Below are positions 33,525 through 47,106 of a stretch of DNA of 64,000 nt, piece by piece. The stretch comes from Psammoneis japonica. Lineage: Eukaryota. Position numbers and translations under genes: made by a program. The DNA is taken from positions 248,001-312,000 of the forward strand of contig QPGO01000087.1 in the NCBI GenBank assembly GCA_008632985.1, given 5' to 3'. Each line of letters begins with the position of its first letter. The stretch's first letter is position 1. The notes beneath the pieces are model-generated. The model did not search any database and was not told the DNA's origin. It saw nothing but the letters and a program-made list of their open reading frames with translations.

Positions 33525-36500
33525 ATGCTGCGGGTTGTTGCATCGTCGTCCCATGGTGGGCGGCTGGTGAGACCTCGACTAGTTGAACCTGGCAGTTTCA
33601 TGCTGGGTGGGAAGCGCACGTTCTTTTTTGGTGGTGGCAAAGGAGGTGATGATAATGATGACAAGAGTACAAAAGCAGATTCATCATCGAAACCGAAAAC
33701 TACCACGTCGTCTTCATCTTTGGCTCCTTCCAAACTTGGTGTCGGTGACCAAGCTCCGAGATACCCACATATTATCGCACTGCCCGTCATCTCCAGACCG
33801 CTTTTTCCAGGCATTGCGACGCAAGTATCACTTACAGATCCGGTAAGTGTGTTTCAAGCTTTGGGTATAAAAGTCTACACAAAGTTGACGAATTCTCTAA
33901 CGCTTCAGAAAACCCTTTTTCTCCCCCCTATAGGCAACGATAGAGGCGTTTGACAATTTGACAAACAACAATCAAAGCGGCTATGTCGGCGTGTTTTTGC
34001 GAAAGGCAAATTCTAGTGGCGTGTCGGAGGGTGGTGTCATTATTGACCAACCCGAGCTTATTACCGACCAAAAGGACTTGCACTCTGTTGGTACCTTTGC
34101 GCAGATTCATCAAATGACGCATGGATTGCCATCTCCTCACCTTCCTCCTCAAGACGCACTGGGATCCACGCAACAACACGGGCAGGAAGAAAAGAAACCG
34201 GATTCAGCGTCTGTGCTTCTCATGGGACAGAGAAGAATTAACTTACTATCTGTGGACGAAGTGGGACCTCCTATTGATATCACGGTGTCACACTGGGATC
34301 GACTCGAATACGAAGGAAGCGATGATACCATTCGTGCCCTTAGCAACGAGATTCTCAGCACAATTCGAGAGGTGGCACAGGTGAACCCCCTGTTTCGTGA
34401 AAACCTACAATTCTTTCCAGTCAGGGTGGATGCCACGGATCCGTACCGCCTCGCTGACTTTGCGGCTTCCATCACCACAGGGACGCCGGAAGATTTACAG
34501 GCGGTGCTGGAGGAGAAAGACGCTGAAATGCGCCTTCACAAATCGCTAGTGCTCTTGTCCAAGGAACGAGAAGTTTCAAAGTTACAACAGGAAATCAGTG
34601 CCAAGGTTGAAGAGAAAATGTCCGAAGCACAGCGAAAGTATTTCCTGACGGAACAGCTCAAATCAATTAAAAAAGAGCTGGGTATGGAGAGAGACGATAA
34701 GGAAGCCTTGATTGAGAAATACCGCAAAACCCTGTCCGAGTACCCAAGCGTTCCAGAGGAAGTGATGGAAACAATCGATGCGGAACTCGAAAAGCTATCT
34801 ACTTTGGAAAAGAACTCATCAGAGTTTAACGTCACTCGTAGCTATCTTGACTGGCTCACTGGCATCCCTTGGGGTGTGACATCGGAAGAGAACTTTGACA
34901 TTAAAGACGCACGGCGTGTCCTGGATAGAGACCATTACGGTCTGGATGAAGTCAAGGATACAATCTTGCAGTTTATTGCGGTTGGAAAGCTCAAGGGATC
35001 GGTCCAGGGTAAAATCTTGTGTCTTGCTGGTCCTCCAGGAACTGGCAAGACCAGCATTGCCGAGAGCGTGGCGGATGCACTCGGGCGCAAATTTTATCGC
35101 TTTAGTGTTGGCGGTCTTTCCGATGTGAGCGAGATCAAGGGACACCGTCGAACGTACATTGGTGCAATGCCTGGAAAACTTGTACAATGCCTCAAGAGTA
35201 CAGGCACAAACAACCCGTTGGTGTTGATTGATGAGATCGACAAACTTGGTTCTGGGTACAGAGGTGATCCGGCGAGTGCATTGTTGGAAGTGCTTGATCC
35301 GAGCCAGAACTCCACGTTTCGGGATCACTTTTTGGACGTTCCGACAGACATGAGCAAGGTGAGATTGCAGGATAGTTTTCATGGAAGTTAGTGTCAACCC
35401 ATTACTCTTCTCGGCCCACTCATCCGTGTTTCATTTTACAAAATAGGTTCTTTTCATGTGTACAGCAAATGACCTGGAACGTATCCCGGGTCCTTTGCTC
35501 GATAGGATGGAGGTGATCCGCTTGTCTGGTTATGATGTTCCTGAAAAGATTGCCATTGCCGAGCAATACCTGGTTCCAAAAGCATTTCGCGAAAATGGGT
35601 TAATGGTGAAGAAAGACGAGGTAGACGACAAAGAAAAGGACGAAGAAGGCAAAGATGCACCAGCCGACATTAACGCGGACGATGCAATCGACTCTACTCC
35701 ACTTGCAAATTACGTTCATGCCGAGAACATACCAGAATCAATGAGTATCACACGGAAGGCCATAGAAAGCCTAGTGAGATGGTATTGCAGAGAAGCAGGT
35801 GTGAGAAACCTGAACAAGCATATTGACAAAATCACGCGAAAGTTAGCTCTTCAGGTTGTAGCAGAAGATGAAGGAGCAGAACTAACGTACAAGAGCAAGA
35901 GGAAATCAGAAACATGGGAAATCACTGATGAGAATCTCGCTGATTACGTCGGGAAGCCAGTGTTCACATCTGATCGACTGTACGAGAAGGACCCACTTCC
36001 TCACGGAATTGTCATGGGCTTGGCCTGGACTTCAATGGGAGGTTCGGCGCTGTATATTGAGACTCAAGGAATCATGCGGGGGAAAGACGCAGAGGGAAAG
36101 CAACTGGGCGGTGGTACTCTCAAGGCAACTGGGCAACTTGGGGACGTTATGAAAGAGTCAACTCAAATCGCGTACACCGTAGCTCGAGCACGTCTTGCAG
36201 AGGTTGATCCCGAGAATCGCTTTTTCGACGAAAACGACATTCACATGCACGTGCCAGAGGGGGCTACACCAAAGGATGGCCCATCGGCGGGAATTACAAT
36301 GGTAACTTCAATGTTGTCGCTTGCTCTCGACAAACCTATCAGGAATGATCTAGCGATGACGGGAGAGATATCTTTAACGGGCAAAGTACTTCCAGTAGGC
36401 GGTGAGTGAAAATGTGCGCACTCATACTTGGGGGGATTGTTCGTGATCTCAAACTGCCTTCTTACTTCAAACAGGAATCAAAGAGAAGACGATGGCGGCC

Positions 36501-36644
36501 CGGAGAGCAGGTATCAAATGCATAATTTTTCCAGCGGCAAACAAGCGAGACTTTGACGAAATCCCTGAATACTTGAAAGAAGATCTTGAGGTGCACTACG
36601 CAGAGGATTATGCCACTGTTTATGAAGTTGCCTTTGGATCCTAA
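33525..36644 (+). CDS. LONP1: Mitochondrial ATP-dependent Lon protease
   Basis: LON N domain, [47 protein letters not shown]. Introns 33843-33933, 35359-35446, 36402-36474. Confidence 0.97.
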
Positions 36645-36781
36645 AACCAATTTTTTAAACCACAGTAGATTCTTCGCTCTCAAGTTACCTTCACATAAGA
36701 CGGCCATTTTGTGCATGAATCGAACGTGTAGCCCTGAAGCAGCATATCGAATACACAACTGAAGCGGTACTCCTATCTTTT

Positions 36782-39060
36782 CTATTCCAACAAGCCTTCT
36801 TCTCGAAGAACCTTCTCTGCAATCGGTCTCCATGCTTTTGCAACACTCCGACTTTGATGTAGGCTATGAGCTAATCCGCGCAACATGATCGAGCAACGCG
36901 AGACAATCATATAATCTCTGGGTAACTGTTCGATTGGATCTTTGCTCTCTAAATCCTCCATAAACACTTGTATATGCTTCCCACCAGTCAATTCGTCATT
37001 GTCTTCATCATACCCAACTTTGGCGTACAAGTAGATGTTATCTGCGTCCATTCTTTGTGATTTATATCTGAGCGAGAATACGAATTCTCTAGATTGAGGT
37101 ATGGTGGATACAAAACTTGAGAATTCTGTGATCCATGTCTACTTACCCAGCTTCTTTCATGAGGCTTACAATCTTTTCCTTATCATCGTCAGCGAGCGCA
37201 ATCACAAGTTTACAAAAGAGAAGTCTTTGCTCCTTGGACAAAACTTTGACTTGCCCGTAATCGATCAGACCAAGATGTGGCTCACCATCTTCGACACCTA
37301 GCAGCAAGATGTTACCTAGCAGTCGAGCAAAAAACAAAATGAGACAAAAAGCTATCAACTTCCATCTCAACAGATATCGCAAATACCAACTCACCAGGGT
37401 GCGGATCGCCGTTGAATTCTCCATCAACGAGGACCTAGATCGTTAAAGACAACAAGTTCCATTGTGCTTAGTACTCGCTACCCAGCAAGAGTGATCCGTA
37501 CTTTGTGTTGGTCAGCTTACCTCGTGCCCATGAACGTAAATGAGATCGTCCACTATTTTCGCATGGTTGATTGGAAGAGAAGTCTCTGGCTCGTAATCCT
37601 TCTTGTTCACCCCAGGCAAAAGCCCAAATGAAAGGTTGTAACCCATCCGGACCGCATTTCCCAACTGACGCTTCCTATTGAGAATTTTGATATATCTACT
37701 GTACTGCTCGGATGTCGGTCCTTCCATTTCCGCCCCGTGCTTCTTGAGCTCTTCTTCTTTTGCCTTTTGCTGCGCCATGAATTCCTCCGGCGTCATTCCA
37801 GCTCGTGCGGCATTATGTTGTAGATCCTCTTTGAGGCCGACGGCAAGTTTGTTTCCTTTCAACTCCTCCATGACAAGCACACGTTTTGTACAGAGATCGA
37901 GATATGGCTTTGGTACGGAACACCACTTGCTGTTGCCGTCCCCAATCAATCCCGCCTTTAACAAATTGCTGCGTACGCTCGCTAGTTGCTTTGCTTCTTT
38001 CTCATAATCGAATTCCGTCATGAATTGTTTTTCAATTTCTTAATGGATAAATATCCATGAGAGCAATTGAGTTGAATGAAGCATGATGAATACGTCAAAA
38101 ATGCTGAACCATCCTAGCCTACAGCCAGCAAACTTTCAAACTTACCGTTAAGTGCCGGTACATGTACAGGTTGAGCGAGTTGGGCAAACAACTTGATTGT
38201 TCGCACATCGCCGCGGAACAACGATTCAACCTCGGGATACATTACTTTTACAACGACTCTACAAGAAAGCAATCACACAATTGTATCCGCGTTTGAGATG
38301 AAAGAACAATAGGATCACAAAACGATGACGTAAAAGCACTTACTCAGTTCCGTCTAACAAAGTGGCTCGATGCACTTGGCCGATCGAAGCAGAACCGATT
38401 GGTTCCTTTTCAAACGTCGCAAATACCTCTGAAATATTCTTACGATAGTCAGATTCAATGATTTCCTTTACAACCTCAAAATCTTTGGGAGGCACTTCAT
38501 CCTGCAACACAGACATTGTATCTTGCCAAATCTTGGGAAACGCATTGCCAATGTTTGCCGCACACAATTGACCAGACTTGATGTAGAAGCCTTTCAATTC
38601 CAATATTTTATCCAATCCGTGTTTGCTTGTTTCAGTATGTAGCTCATCCCAAACCTCATCGGGCGAGTCTTTCCACATGTGCATTCGATACTGACAAAAA
38701 AAACAAAAAGAGACAAAAAGTGAGCCGCGCAAATCACCTCCAAGCAAAACATCAAGAATAACAAAACCTACCTGCACATAACGCGGAATAGCCAAGGAAT
38801 AAAATGACGCCGATCGTTTGAGACCCTCGGTTCCTTCAAACAAGTCATGCAAATACTTGAGTCCACCCACGACTGTCACAGCCAAACCACCCACCACGCC
38901 GTACCAAAGCGGAATGGATGACGAGTCATTATTATTGTTGTTTTGTCCCGCCTGGTCGATGCTGCAAGCGCCTGTTATTATTGTTGTTCAACAAGCCAAT
39001 CCCACGCTGCAAGGTGGTACGACTACTACTTCTGGATAGCCTCAGTGACGCTGATATCAT
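36782..39060 (-). CDS. ABC1/ADCK (UbiB-family) atypical kinase; multi-exon, apparent 1-nt frameshift near 38942
   Basis: [70 protein letters not shown]. Several GT-AG introns between 37070 and 38770. Confidence 0.93.
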
Positions 39061-39396
39061 GGTCAACCATCAACCACGTTTCCTTTGTGCTTTGTCTCAC
39101 TTTTCGAAAAATGCAAAAATGCTAAATCGATGATGTCATCAGTACAAATCTTAGTACATTCTACGTTAGTATTGCCCTTCCGTTGCAGCCTTTCGAAGGA
39201 CAGACAAAAACAGTTCTTCCATCTGTACGTCGTACGTGGCAGTGTGACGTGTTCGCGATCTTTTTTTGGCTTCGACGATGTGGATCGATCGCGCGCCAGC
39301 TTGGCAACCGCCGTTGGTCGGGCATCTTACTCATTACATCCATCACTCGACACAAACCAACTCATAGCATCAGTAAAAGAAGTGTGCCTTCGAAGA

Positions 39397-41396
39397 ATGG
39401 GCTTTCAAAACGCACCATTCGCCGTCCTTTTTCTTTCACTGGTGACGGTTTCCCTGGCGTACGCCCCACTTGCGGGTGTCAAGGTCAAGTCCGTATCGTC
39501 GGGCGAGAGTGTCGACTTGGGAGAGTATCTTAGTAGTAACAACAATGATCGAGCCATGCTGGTGTTGGGCACATATGCTGCCGATTTTAATGCTATTGAA
39601 TACGCTCAGCGTCTTCGCTACTACACTCCCAAGCTTCGACAAGAATGCGGTGTCTCCAAGTTTGGATTTGTCCTCAATTGCAAACCCGAGGCAGCGATTG
39701 CCCTTGCCGATGAAGCCGACCTGGATACCAACGAGGTGGAGCTCCTGGTAGATCCGACCGGAGAGGCGGGAAGAGTATTTGGAGTGGAACGGGGATGGAG
39801 GCCTGACGACAAGGAAATGTCACCCTTTGTTAAGCTCTTTGGCATGCTGTGGGGCTTGGGTGCGTGGGCGACCTTGCCGGCAGTCATTAGCGGGTACATT
39901 GGCAATCCCTTTTACGGACAACCGTGGATTCAAGATGCGCTCGCCGTTGGACAAAAAAAGGGGCGGTGGCCGGGTAATGCCTTGGAAATTCCGACGATGG
40001 AACCGTTGTGAACAAATTCAGTGAATTGCCTCTTGTTGGTGATTGGAAGAGGCGACCACTCGAGTTGGCAACGCTGCGACTCCAAAACATGATTGGTATT
40101 TCTTTGAAACGATGGAAAGAGTTGGCTCCCGATGAAGAAGCGCTCAAGGCTGGTGTTTTGACCCAGTTGGGTGCCTGCATTGTGGTGGATTGCATGACGG
40201 GAAATGAACTTTATCGATGGAGAGATCCTGGAATTTGTGCTGTTAGCAACTTTGAAGATATTATTAAAGCATTGAATAAAGTTCCCGATGATGGATCAGA
40301 CGCGCCTATGCCAGCGACTCTGGAAACACCCGCCCCAGAGACTGAGGAAACAGTTTCGACTCAGGAACCACCTACCGCAAAGGCTGAGGAGCCAGTGGTG
40401 GAGGTAGACGAGGCCAAAGCTGATGTCTCTATCCCCTATGACGCCGCCGCTCGTTTGGCATACGAGGCAAGTGACAAATCTGTAAACTACGATGACTTCA
40501 AAACTTCGTATGAAGCTGCAGCGATTGCGGATGTCATTATGAAGAACAAGGGACCCGAGGTCGAAAAGAAAGAGGAAACAGTGACTATCGACGTCTCGAT
40601 ACATTATGATGCCGCCGCTCGTTTGGCATATGAAGCAAGTGACAAATCTGTGAATTACGATGACTTCAAAACTTCGTATGAAGCTGCAGCGATTGCAGAT
40701 GTCATTATGAAGAACAAGGGGCCCGAGGTTGAACAAGACGAAGAAGCTGTGAGTGTTGACGTCTCGATTCCCTATGATGCCGCCGCTCGTTTGGCATACG
40801 AGGCTAGTGACAAGTCCATGGACTACGATGCGTTCAAAACTTCCTATGAAGCTGCAGCGGTGGCCGATGTCATTATAAAAAACAAAGGGCCTAAAGAGGA
40901 AGAAGCTGTAAAGGTTGACGTCTCAATTCCGTATGATGCCGCTGCTCGTTTGGCATACGAAGCTAGTGACAAATCCTTGGATTATGATTCATTCAAAACA
41001 TCTTATGAGGCTGCAGCGGTGGCCGATGTGACTGCCAAGAACAAGGGACTCGAGATTGAAGAAGATGCTGTGAGTGTCGACGTCTCGATTCCATACGATG
41101 CAGCTGCACGTTTGGCCTACGAGGCTAGTGACAAATCCATGGATTATGGTGAGTTTAAAACGGCGTATGAGGCTGCTGCTATAGCCGATGTGATTGCCAA
41201 AAACAAGGGACCCGAGAAGGAGGAGAAGGACGAAGAGGCAGGAAGTGTGGACCTCTCGATTCCGTATGATGCCGCCGCTCGTCTGGCTTACGAGGCTAGT
41301 GACAAGTCCATGGATTATGATGCGTTCAAGAAAGAGTACGAGGGCCGAGCTGTGGTTGATGTCATTGCTAAGAGGATTGCAAAGCTAAACAAGTAG
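39397..41396 (+). CDS. Plastid-targeted AhpC/TSA-like (thioredoxin-fold) protein with six C-terminal tandem repeats; apparent 1-nt frameshift near 39990
   Basis: Signal peptide + [52 protein letters not shown]. Frames join as [14 protein letters not shown] if one T is restored. Confidence 0.8.
40420..41385 (+). repeat. Six ~55-codon coding repeats ([45 protein letters not shown])
   Basis: Directly visible in translation and DNA, period ~160-170 nt. Confidence 0.97.
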
Positions 41397-41502
41397 ATGC
41401 TAGACTATTAGAAGAGAGCTTTCTAAGCGCGTTAATGCTAAGAGATTGCAAAGCTAAACAAGTAGATGCTAGACTATTAGAGAGAGCTTTCTAAGCGCGT
41501 TA
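41367..41502 (+). repeat. Near-perfect ~68-nt tandem duplication spanning the stop codon and 3' UTR
   Basis: gctaagag(g)attgcaaagctaaacaagtagatgctagactattaga(a)gagagctttctaagcgcgtta occurs twice. Confidence 0.95.
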
Positions 41503-41942
41503 GTGTGTTTGACCGAATGCCACCACAACATCGGATGAATGCGTTTTCGTTGTTGCAAGGGACTTTAGACATGATGCTTCCGCTTCCACCAACTCTATTT
41601 GCGCCATGCGTGCGCGCGTGGCTCGTTTAGTGTATAGCATGGGCAACTAAAGTCGATACGCAAGACTACAGGAGCGAAAAAAACGCGCCGCAAACGACCA
41701 ACACAACCATGATGTTGATGGTTTGAAACGTTTTGAAAAACGAATCGATACAGCACCCGTGCCATTGCCACACGATGACAAAACTTGCTTTTACCACGGG
41801 AATGCCCCTTCTTCGAGCTTCACACGGTACGTACTTTCTACGAGACTTTTGTACCAAAGACTGATGATAGATGCGCACCGAATCTCCTTCCTCGGTCGAG
41901 TCGCCATAATTTTCAGAATCGCTTCTGGTTCACAGGTCAACC

Positions 41943-43163
41943 ATGAAAGTTATTCATAGCATCCTTTTCTTCACGGCCGTCGTCTCTACCATGAGCACTG
42001 GTGCCGTCGCCAACCCTCTTCCTGCCTCGCTTGTCAACGCTGCAAAGCGGGGTGCAAGCTCGTTTGCGATCAAGGCGACCGAGACTGTTGCAACGATCCG
42101 TAAAGACATCCAAGGCAAGTTTATGGCTGCGATCACTCCCGTGGATATCGAAAGCATCTCCAACGACTACAACAACATCGTCAGCGATGCCGCTCCCAGC
42201 ACTTCGCCCTTTGACGAAACTCTCGTCGACTCGAGCTTCTGCGTTTCGTTTGATGACGCCGAGTCGCCCAACAGTTGGGTCCAACAACTCCTTCGTAATA
42301 CTACCCCCACGATTGTACCAGTGGAAGCTTCAAACACGTTTTGCGTCTATTTTGAGCATGACAATGGTGATTCCATCGCCGCCAGTCTCCCGCAAATCTT
42401 CTACAACAACACTCCGCTTCGAGAACCAACCGCATCGTCACTCAAGACCAGCACTTTTTTGGAAATTGTTTGGGAAATCAAGTCGGAAATGGCATCAGAC
42501 ACGTTCAGCACGGTTCTTTTGGATATCAAGTCAGGAATGGATCGTATTTGGAACCTTGTAGACGACATGTCGACACGCTTTGTCACGGAATTGCAGACTC
42601 AAGCGACCGTTTTGCAATTGCGCAATACGACTACTACGCTACTTCAGAAGCCAACTTTGTGGAAGCCCGATGATATCGAGTTCGGGCCGAGCAATTGGTG
42701 GAAGAGAGTCGAAGATGTGTCAAAGTGGGTTCAGACTAGCGTTTCGCAAGGATTCAGGACGACTGCTGCGTCGTTGGGACAGAAAACCTTGTCGACGATC
42801 GACGACTTTGGGTTGAATGGGCGCAAGTGGTGGAAGAGAATCCAAGACTTGTCGGAGTTGCTTCAAACCAGCATTTTGCAAGGAGGCAAGACGGCTGCTA
42901 TGTCGTTTCGGAAGCCCGACGAATTCGAGTCGACGCTTGACAATTGTTCGAAGAGAATCAACGACATTCAGGCTGCCGTCATGAAAGACATCAAGACGTT
43001 TTCGCGGCTTTTAGAACCCATTTCTGTGAAAGAGGTCATTGACAATTTGTGGAAAAGAGTAGACGACGTGTCCGAGCGGATTGCATCTGTTTTGGGCTTT
43101 TTACGAATCTCAACCCTGCAAGTGGGATGGAATGCAACCGAAGCGGTTGGGAGTCTCGGTTAG
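41943..43163 (+). CDS. Hypothetical secreted protein with degenerate WKR(V/I)xD(V/L)S helical repeats
   Basis: Intact 406-aa ORF with signal peptide and repeats WKRVEDVS, WKRIQDLS, SKRINDIQ, WKRVDDVS. Confidence 0.7.
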   Translation: MKVIHSILFFTAVVSTMSTGAVANPLPASLVNAAKRGASSFAIKATETVATIRKDIQGKFMAAITPVDIESISNDYNNIVSDAAPSTSPFDETLVDSSFCVSFDDAESPNSWVQQLLRNTTPTIVPVEASNTFCVYFEHDNGDSIAASLPQIFYNNTPLREPTASSLKTSTFLEIVWEIKSEMASDTFSTVLLDIKSGMDRIWNLVDDMSTRFVTELQTQATVLQLRNTTTTLLQKPTLWKPDDIEFGPSNWWKRVEDVSKWVQTSVSQGFRTTAASLGQKTLSTIDDFGLNGRKWWKRIQDLSELLQTSILQGGKTAAMSFRKPDEFESTLDNCSKRINDIQAAVMKDIKTFSRLLEPISVKEVIDNLWKRVDDVSERIASVLGFLRISTLQVGWNATEAVGSLG

Positions 43164-43676
43164 CAACTTGGGACGCATAGTACTAGTTAGTCACGAGGGG
43201 GAATATAGAGCAATATTAATCATGGACCGTCGCTGCTTTAGCTAGTTGGAATGCACAGTACGACACTTGTAATCGCAGAAGGATCCCGCCCTCAGCAAAT
43301 TTAATTGAGCTAGTACTGAGAACTAGAGATTTATTCTATAGAGAGAAAACCATAGTGTACCCTGGTAATTTGGTTGCTCAATTGGAAGAAATGGATGATG
43401 CTACTGAAAGATCTAGTTTAGTGCCCATCAAGATATTATGCAATACCGGTACGGGATGGTGTAGCGAATGTCCGATTCCTTTTGTAGGTGCATGAAAGCC
43501 GCAGCGGCTCAAGGAATTGTAAGCGGGTCCAATGGTATGGGTGAACCCTGAAGCAAGACAGCAATTGCTTGAAAGGAAACACAGCTTGTGCAATGCTGAC
43601 AATTAATGATGTCAACTATTTATTTGCCTTACTGAAATAGACCCCCCCCTCTCTCTCCTCTTGGTGTCCTAGTTTT

Positions 43677-46200
43677 CTAAGAGGTTGATCCATACCCACC
43701 CGTATCAGAAGCAAGCAAAGGTGACTTCTCATCGGGCATGTATTCGTCCGAGGTCTGAATCATGTGACCCGAAAGAAACTGCCCAACTTTCCTGGACACC
43801 ACTTTCCCATGCTCGGTCTCGGATTCGTGGCGGGTGGCCGTCGACGATGGTAGCGGGAAATCGAAATGGCGCGCGGAATTCAAATCTACTCTAGAACATT
43901 CACAATTAACTTGAACATTCTTATATCTCTAAGTTTCGTCGCATCTTCTTTCTTGAGCTGAGAATGTTTTGAAGCCACTACCATGCTCTCGTACTTCACT
44001 TTCAGCTCTGCTTTGTGTTTTGCATCCTCTTCTCCATCGGTCACTTGACTCCTCCTCTTAAAGTAGACTATGTCAACCAGCTTCATCCACGGACCAAGAT
44101 GAGCCATACAACTTCCAGTTGGCTTCACTCAGGCAATGTCCCTGTTGATCCTGTATCATTTTGGTCCCTCTTCATTGTTCCAAGTGCCAGCACAGCCTCC
44201 GCCAAACCCAGAACAGCGCTCCTTGACGAGTCAGGAGATTCGTATCTATGCAGCTAGGCAAAAGAAATGGCAAGAACGTCATGACTAGGTGTCCAGCGGC
44301 ACAAAACCGGGGTCAGAGCCTGGGACTCAAGCTTTCGAATATCAGCGTCCCACAATAGAAGATCTTGACGGTACAGGTGGTGAATGATTGGCCCTCGGTA
44401 TTCTTCAGACTACTGACCGACCTGCTGTGCGACTGACGTGTAGGCGTCGTTTCGATTCCCCAAAGAGTAGTAGTCTGGGCGGTAAGAATGGAAACGCCGT
44501 GCTCGAAGTTCTGCAGATATGAAAGAACAAGAAAAAGGGTCAACATGATGAGTGCAACTAATATCGCAAGTCATCTAACATGTCGCCACCCACACTACTT
44601 ACATGAGCACCCTGTCGTCCAACCCATTCCTGAAAGGCCGCATTCGCCGCTCGGCGAAAAAATGATTTCTCGATCAAACAAGCACGCTACAACTATGGAT
44701 TCACAAATCCGCAACGTCTGGTTTTAAGACAGAGGGAGCATAGGCTAGGCTCGTGCAAACGCCCGGTATGCGTAGCATGCCACATCTCTTGCGTGCGCTC
44801 CAACGCTGCTGTGGCATCGAGGGACATCTTACTGCACAACAACAACAAAACGAAGGACAAGCTAGTGAACACCAGCGAGCACCTCCAAACCATCATGACT
44901 CAAAAAACATCACGCTCTTCACCAATCTCACCTGTATCACTTTTATGACGGGCAGGAGAAGCCCCCGTCACGCCAATTCAGCCTGAGCAAGACAACAGCC
45001 CACACCATCCTTTCTTGGATCTTCAAACTTTATCAACAAGGCCTAAAGACAACGTTGGCACAAACCAAGGGTAATCTCTCTGTGATGATTCTACCCTTCG
45101 CTTCCGACCATCCAATAACGGTATCCGCATCCGTGACTCGTCGTTGCGAACCTACTCTTCCAGCGGCGGTGACGCTACTGTTCGACAAGGTTTCCACCAG
45201 TGAAAACCTTCCCAATCATGGCGGCTTTAGTGAGCACATGCCATGCGAGCAAACCACTTTGTTCGGAGCTTTCATAAAGTAACATTGCGCCGTGGATTCT
45301 TGCCGCAAAAGCGTATCCCACGCGTGCGTTTGCATGAGCTCCAATGTTAGAGATCAATTGGAGCATGTTTTGCAAATACCCACCATGCAGTGCATGACTC
45401 CCATTTTTAGGAAAGATTAATCCGGTTCTTGAAGAATGATGTTTTGGGAATAGCACAAGAGTTCTTAGGTGAGATTGCAAGTCCGGTCTCGACATTCAAG
45501 AAACCAAACACGAGGCTTCCGTTTTACATGTAGGACCTTCTTGTTCCAAATGCTCCTTGGCTAGAGAAATCAGAGACGAAACAATTTCGTTTGCTCCGTC
45601 CAAGACTATGACACAGATTTTCCAGCCACATGAACAAGATACACAGATCCCCAAGCGGGCGGTTCCGCATCTTGTTGCTGCTGTAAAGACTTGTTGTGCT
45701 CCGTCCTTAGCACGGCTCAACATCGCCCAACTCGTGTGGTAGAACAGCGTCGAATTTGTTTGCGGCCTCGCACTTTGGAATGGCATAGAGCGCCGACAGC
45801 AGAAAGCGTCATGGCTTTCGAGCTGCTTTGTTGTAGAAACCATTTTTTCAATAGGAGTTGCGTACTGTAGTAAGGGCTTGGCCTGGAATATCTTGTGATG
45901 CCTCGCGTAATTTTCTTCTTTCAACAACATTTCAATGCATTATTCATAGGCTTGAGAATACTCCGAATACAGTGTTGCTTCGGAAAATGACATGCTTCAG
46001 TAACTATGGTCGCCCAAAAACTCAGCGTCGAGGCTCTGAAAGTCACGTCATTGTTGCGCAAAATGAAACGAAATAAAGAAAATAATGGTGAGCCCGTAGA
46101 GCACGCACGCCTGTACACAATTGACAAGGGGGTCTTCATCACATCATATCGCAAAAAGCCCAAAACATCGCATCGTCAAAATGGCAATGGCGTCAACAGA
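43677..46200 (-). pseudogene. Fragmented coding-like remnants, product unidentified
   Basis: Consecutive short protein-like minus-strand frames with stops, frameshifts and splice-like sites, but no long ORF. Confidence 0.35.
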
Positions 46201-46290
46201 CGACAGCGTCCCAGTCTCACACGTCCATAATCAAAAGTCAATGAAAAGTCTTTCTCTTTAACGCAGCACTATTTTTATGTGAATCACGAA

Positions 46291-47106
46291 ATGCGCACCG
46301 ATCGGAAGGTTGCTGTTGCGGGTGTACTTTTGCTGCTTGGCGAGACATTGTCTCTCAGTTCTTTGTTCGGTGCCAACAACAACAACAACGACAATCGCCG
46401 CGCATTTTTGAACCAAGGTGCGGTACTTGCCTCTGCCATGGCCGGAGCTTCTTCATGCAACGCCGCCGCCGCCATCGGTGGAGGTTGTGGATGTGTATTT
46501 TGGCTGCGGTTGCTTTTGGCACGTTCAACACGAATTCGTTCAAGCCGAACGCCCCATTCTCGGACGCCGTGATTCAGACCTTTCTGCTCGAGCGGGCTAT
46601 GCCGGAGGAAAAGCTGGGAGTCTTGACAACAAGGTATGTTACCACAATTCCTTGCAAGTATCCGACTATGGCAAACTAGGTCACGCCGAAGTGGTGCGTT
46701 GCAAATTCCGACCTGGTCCTACAAGGACTTTGCAACCGAGTACTGTCGACTCTTTAGCGACAAGGGATACCGGCCAGATCAGTTTGGTGATCGCGGTCCG
46801 ATATCGCAATCTTGTGGGTATACCCGGTGGTGTCGACAGTCCGCTTGCCCGCATCTTGGTGCAACAATCACAAGCATCTGGGGACAAGCTCAACTTTGCC
46901 GAGGGAAACGGCAATGACGCCGACTATCGGGCTCTGGTTTGGATTATGGATTCCAACCGATTTCCTTTTTTGTAGCTGAACAATACCACCAATTCCATGA
47001 TGGTTTTAATCTTGGCGAAAACTATCCCAGCGATTACAACGTCTTGGCCTCTGTACTGCAGCGACAAGGCACACTCGGCAAGTCGGATTGTCCCAACAAT
47101 GTTTGA
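46291..47106 (+). pseudogene. msrA: Peptide methionine sulfoxide reductase A-like gene with several frameshifts (pseudogene or assembly errors)
   Basis: VYFGCGCFWHVQ, AGYAGG, VCYH, GHAEVV, YR, AEQYHQFHD spread over different frames. Confidence 0.8.

Noticed and set aside
39980..40010. Programmed ribosomal frameshifting in this and other genes
   Set aside because: No shared slippery site or structure; scattered homopolymer indels are better explained by assembly error.
40420..41385. CRISPR-like repeat-spacer array
   Set aside because: Repeats are ~135-nt in-frame coding units with synonymous variation, the context is eukaryotic, and no cas genes are present.
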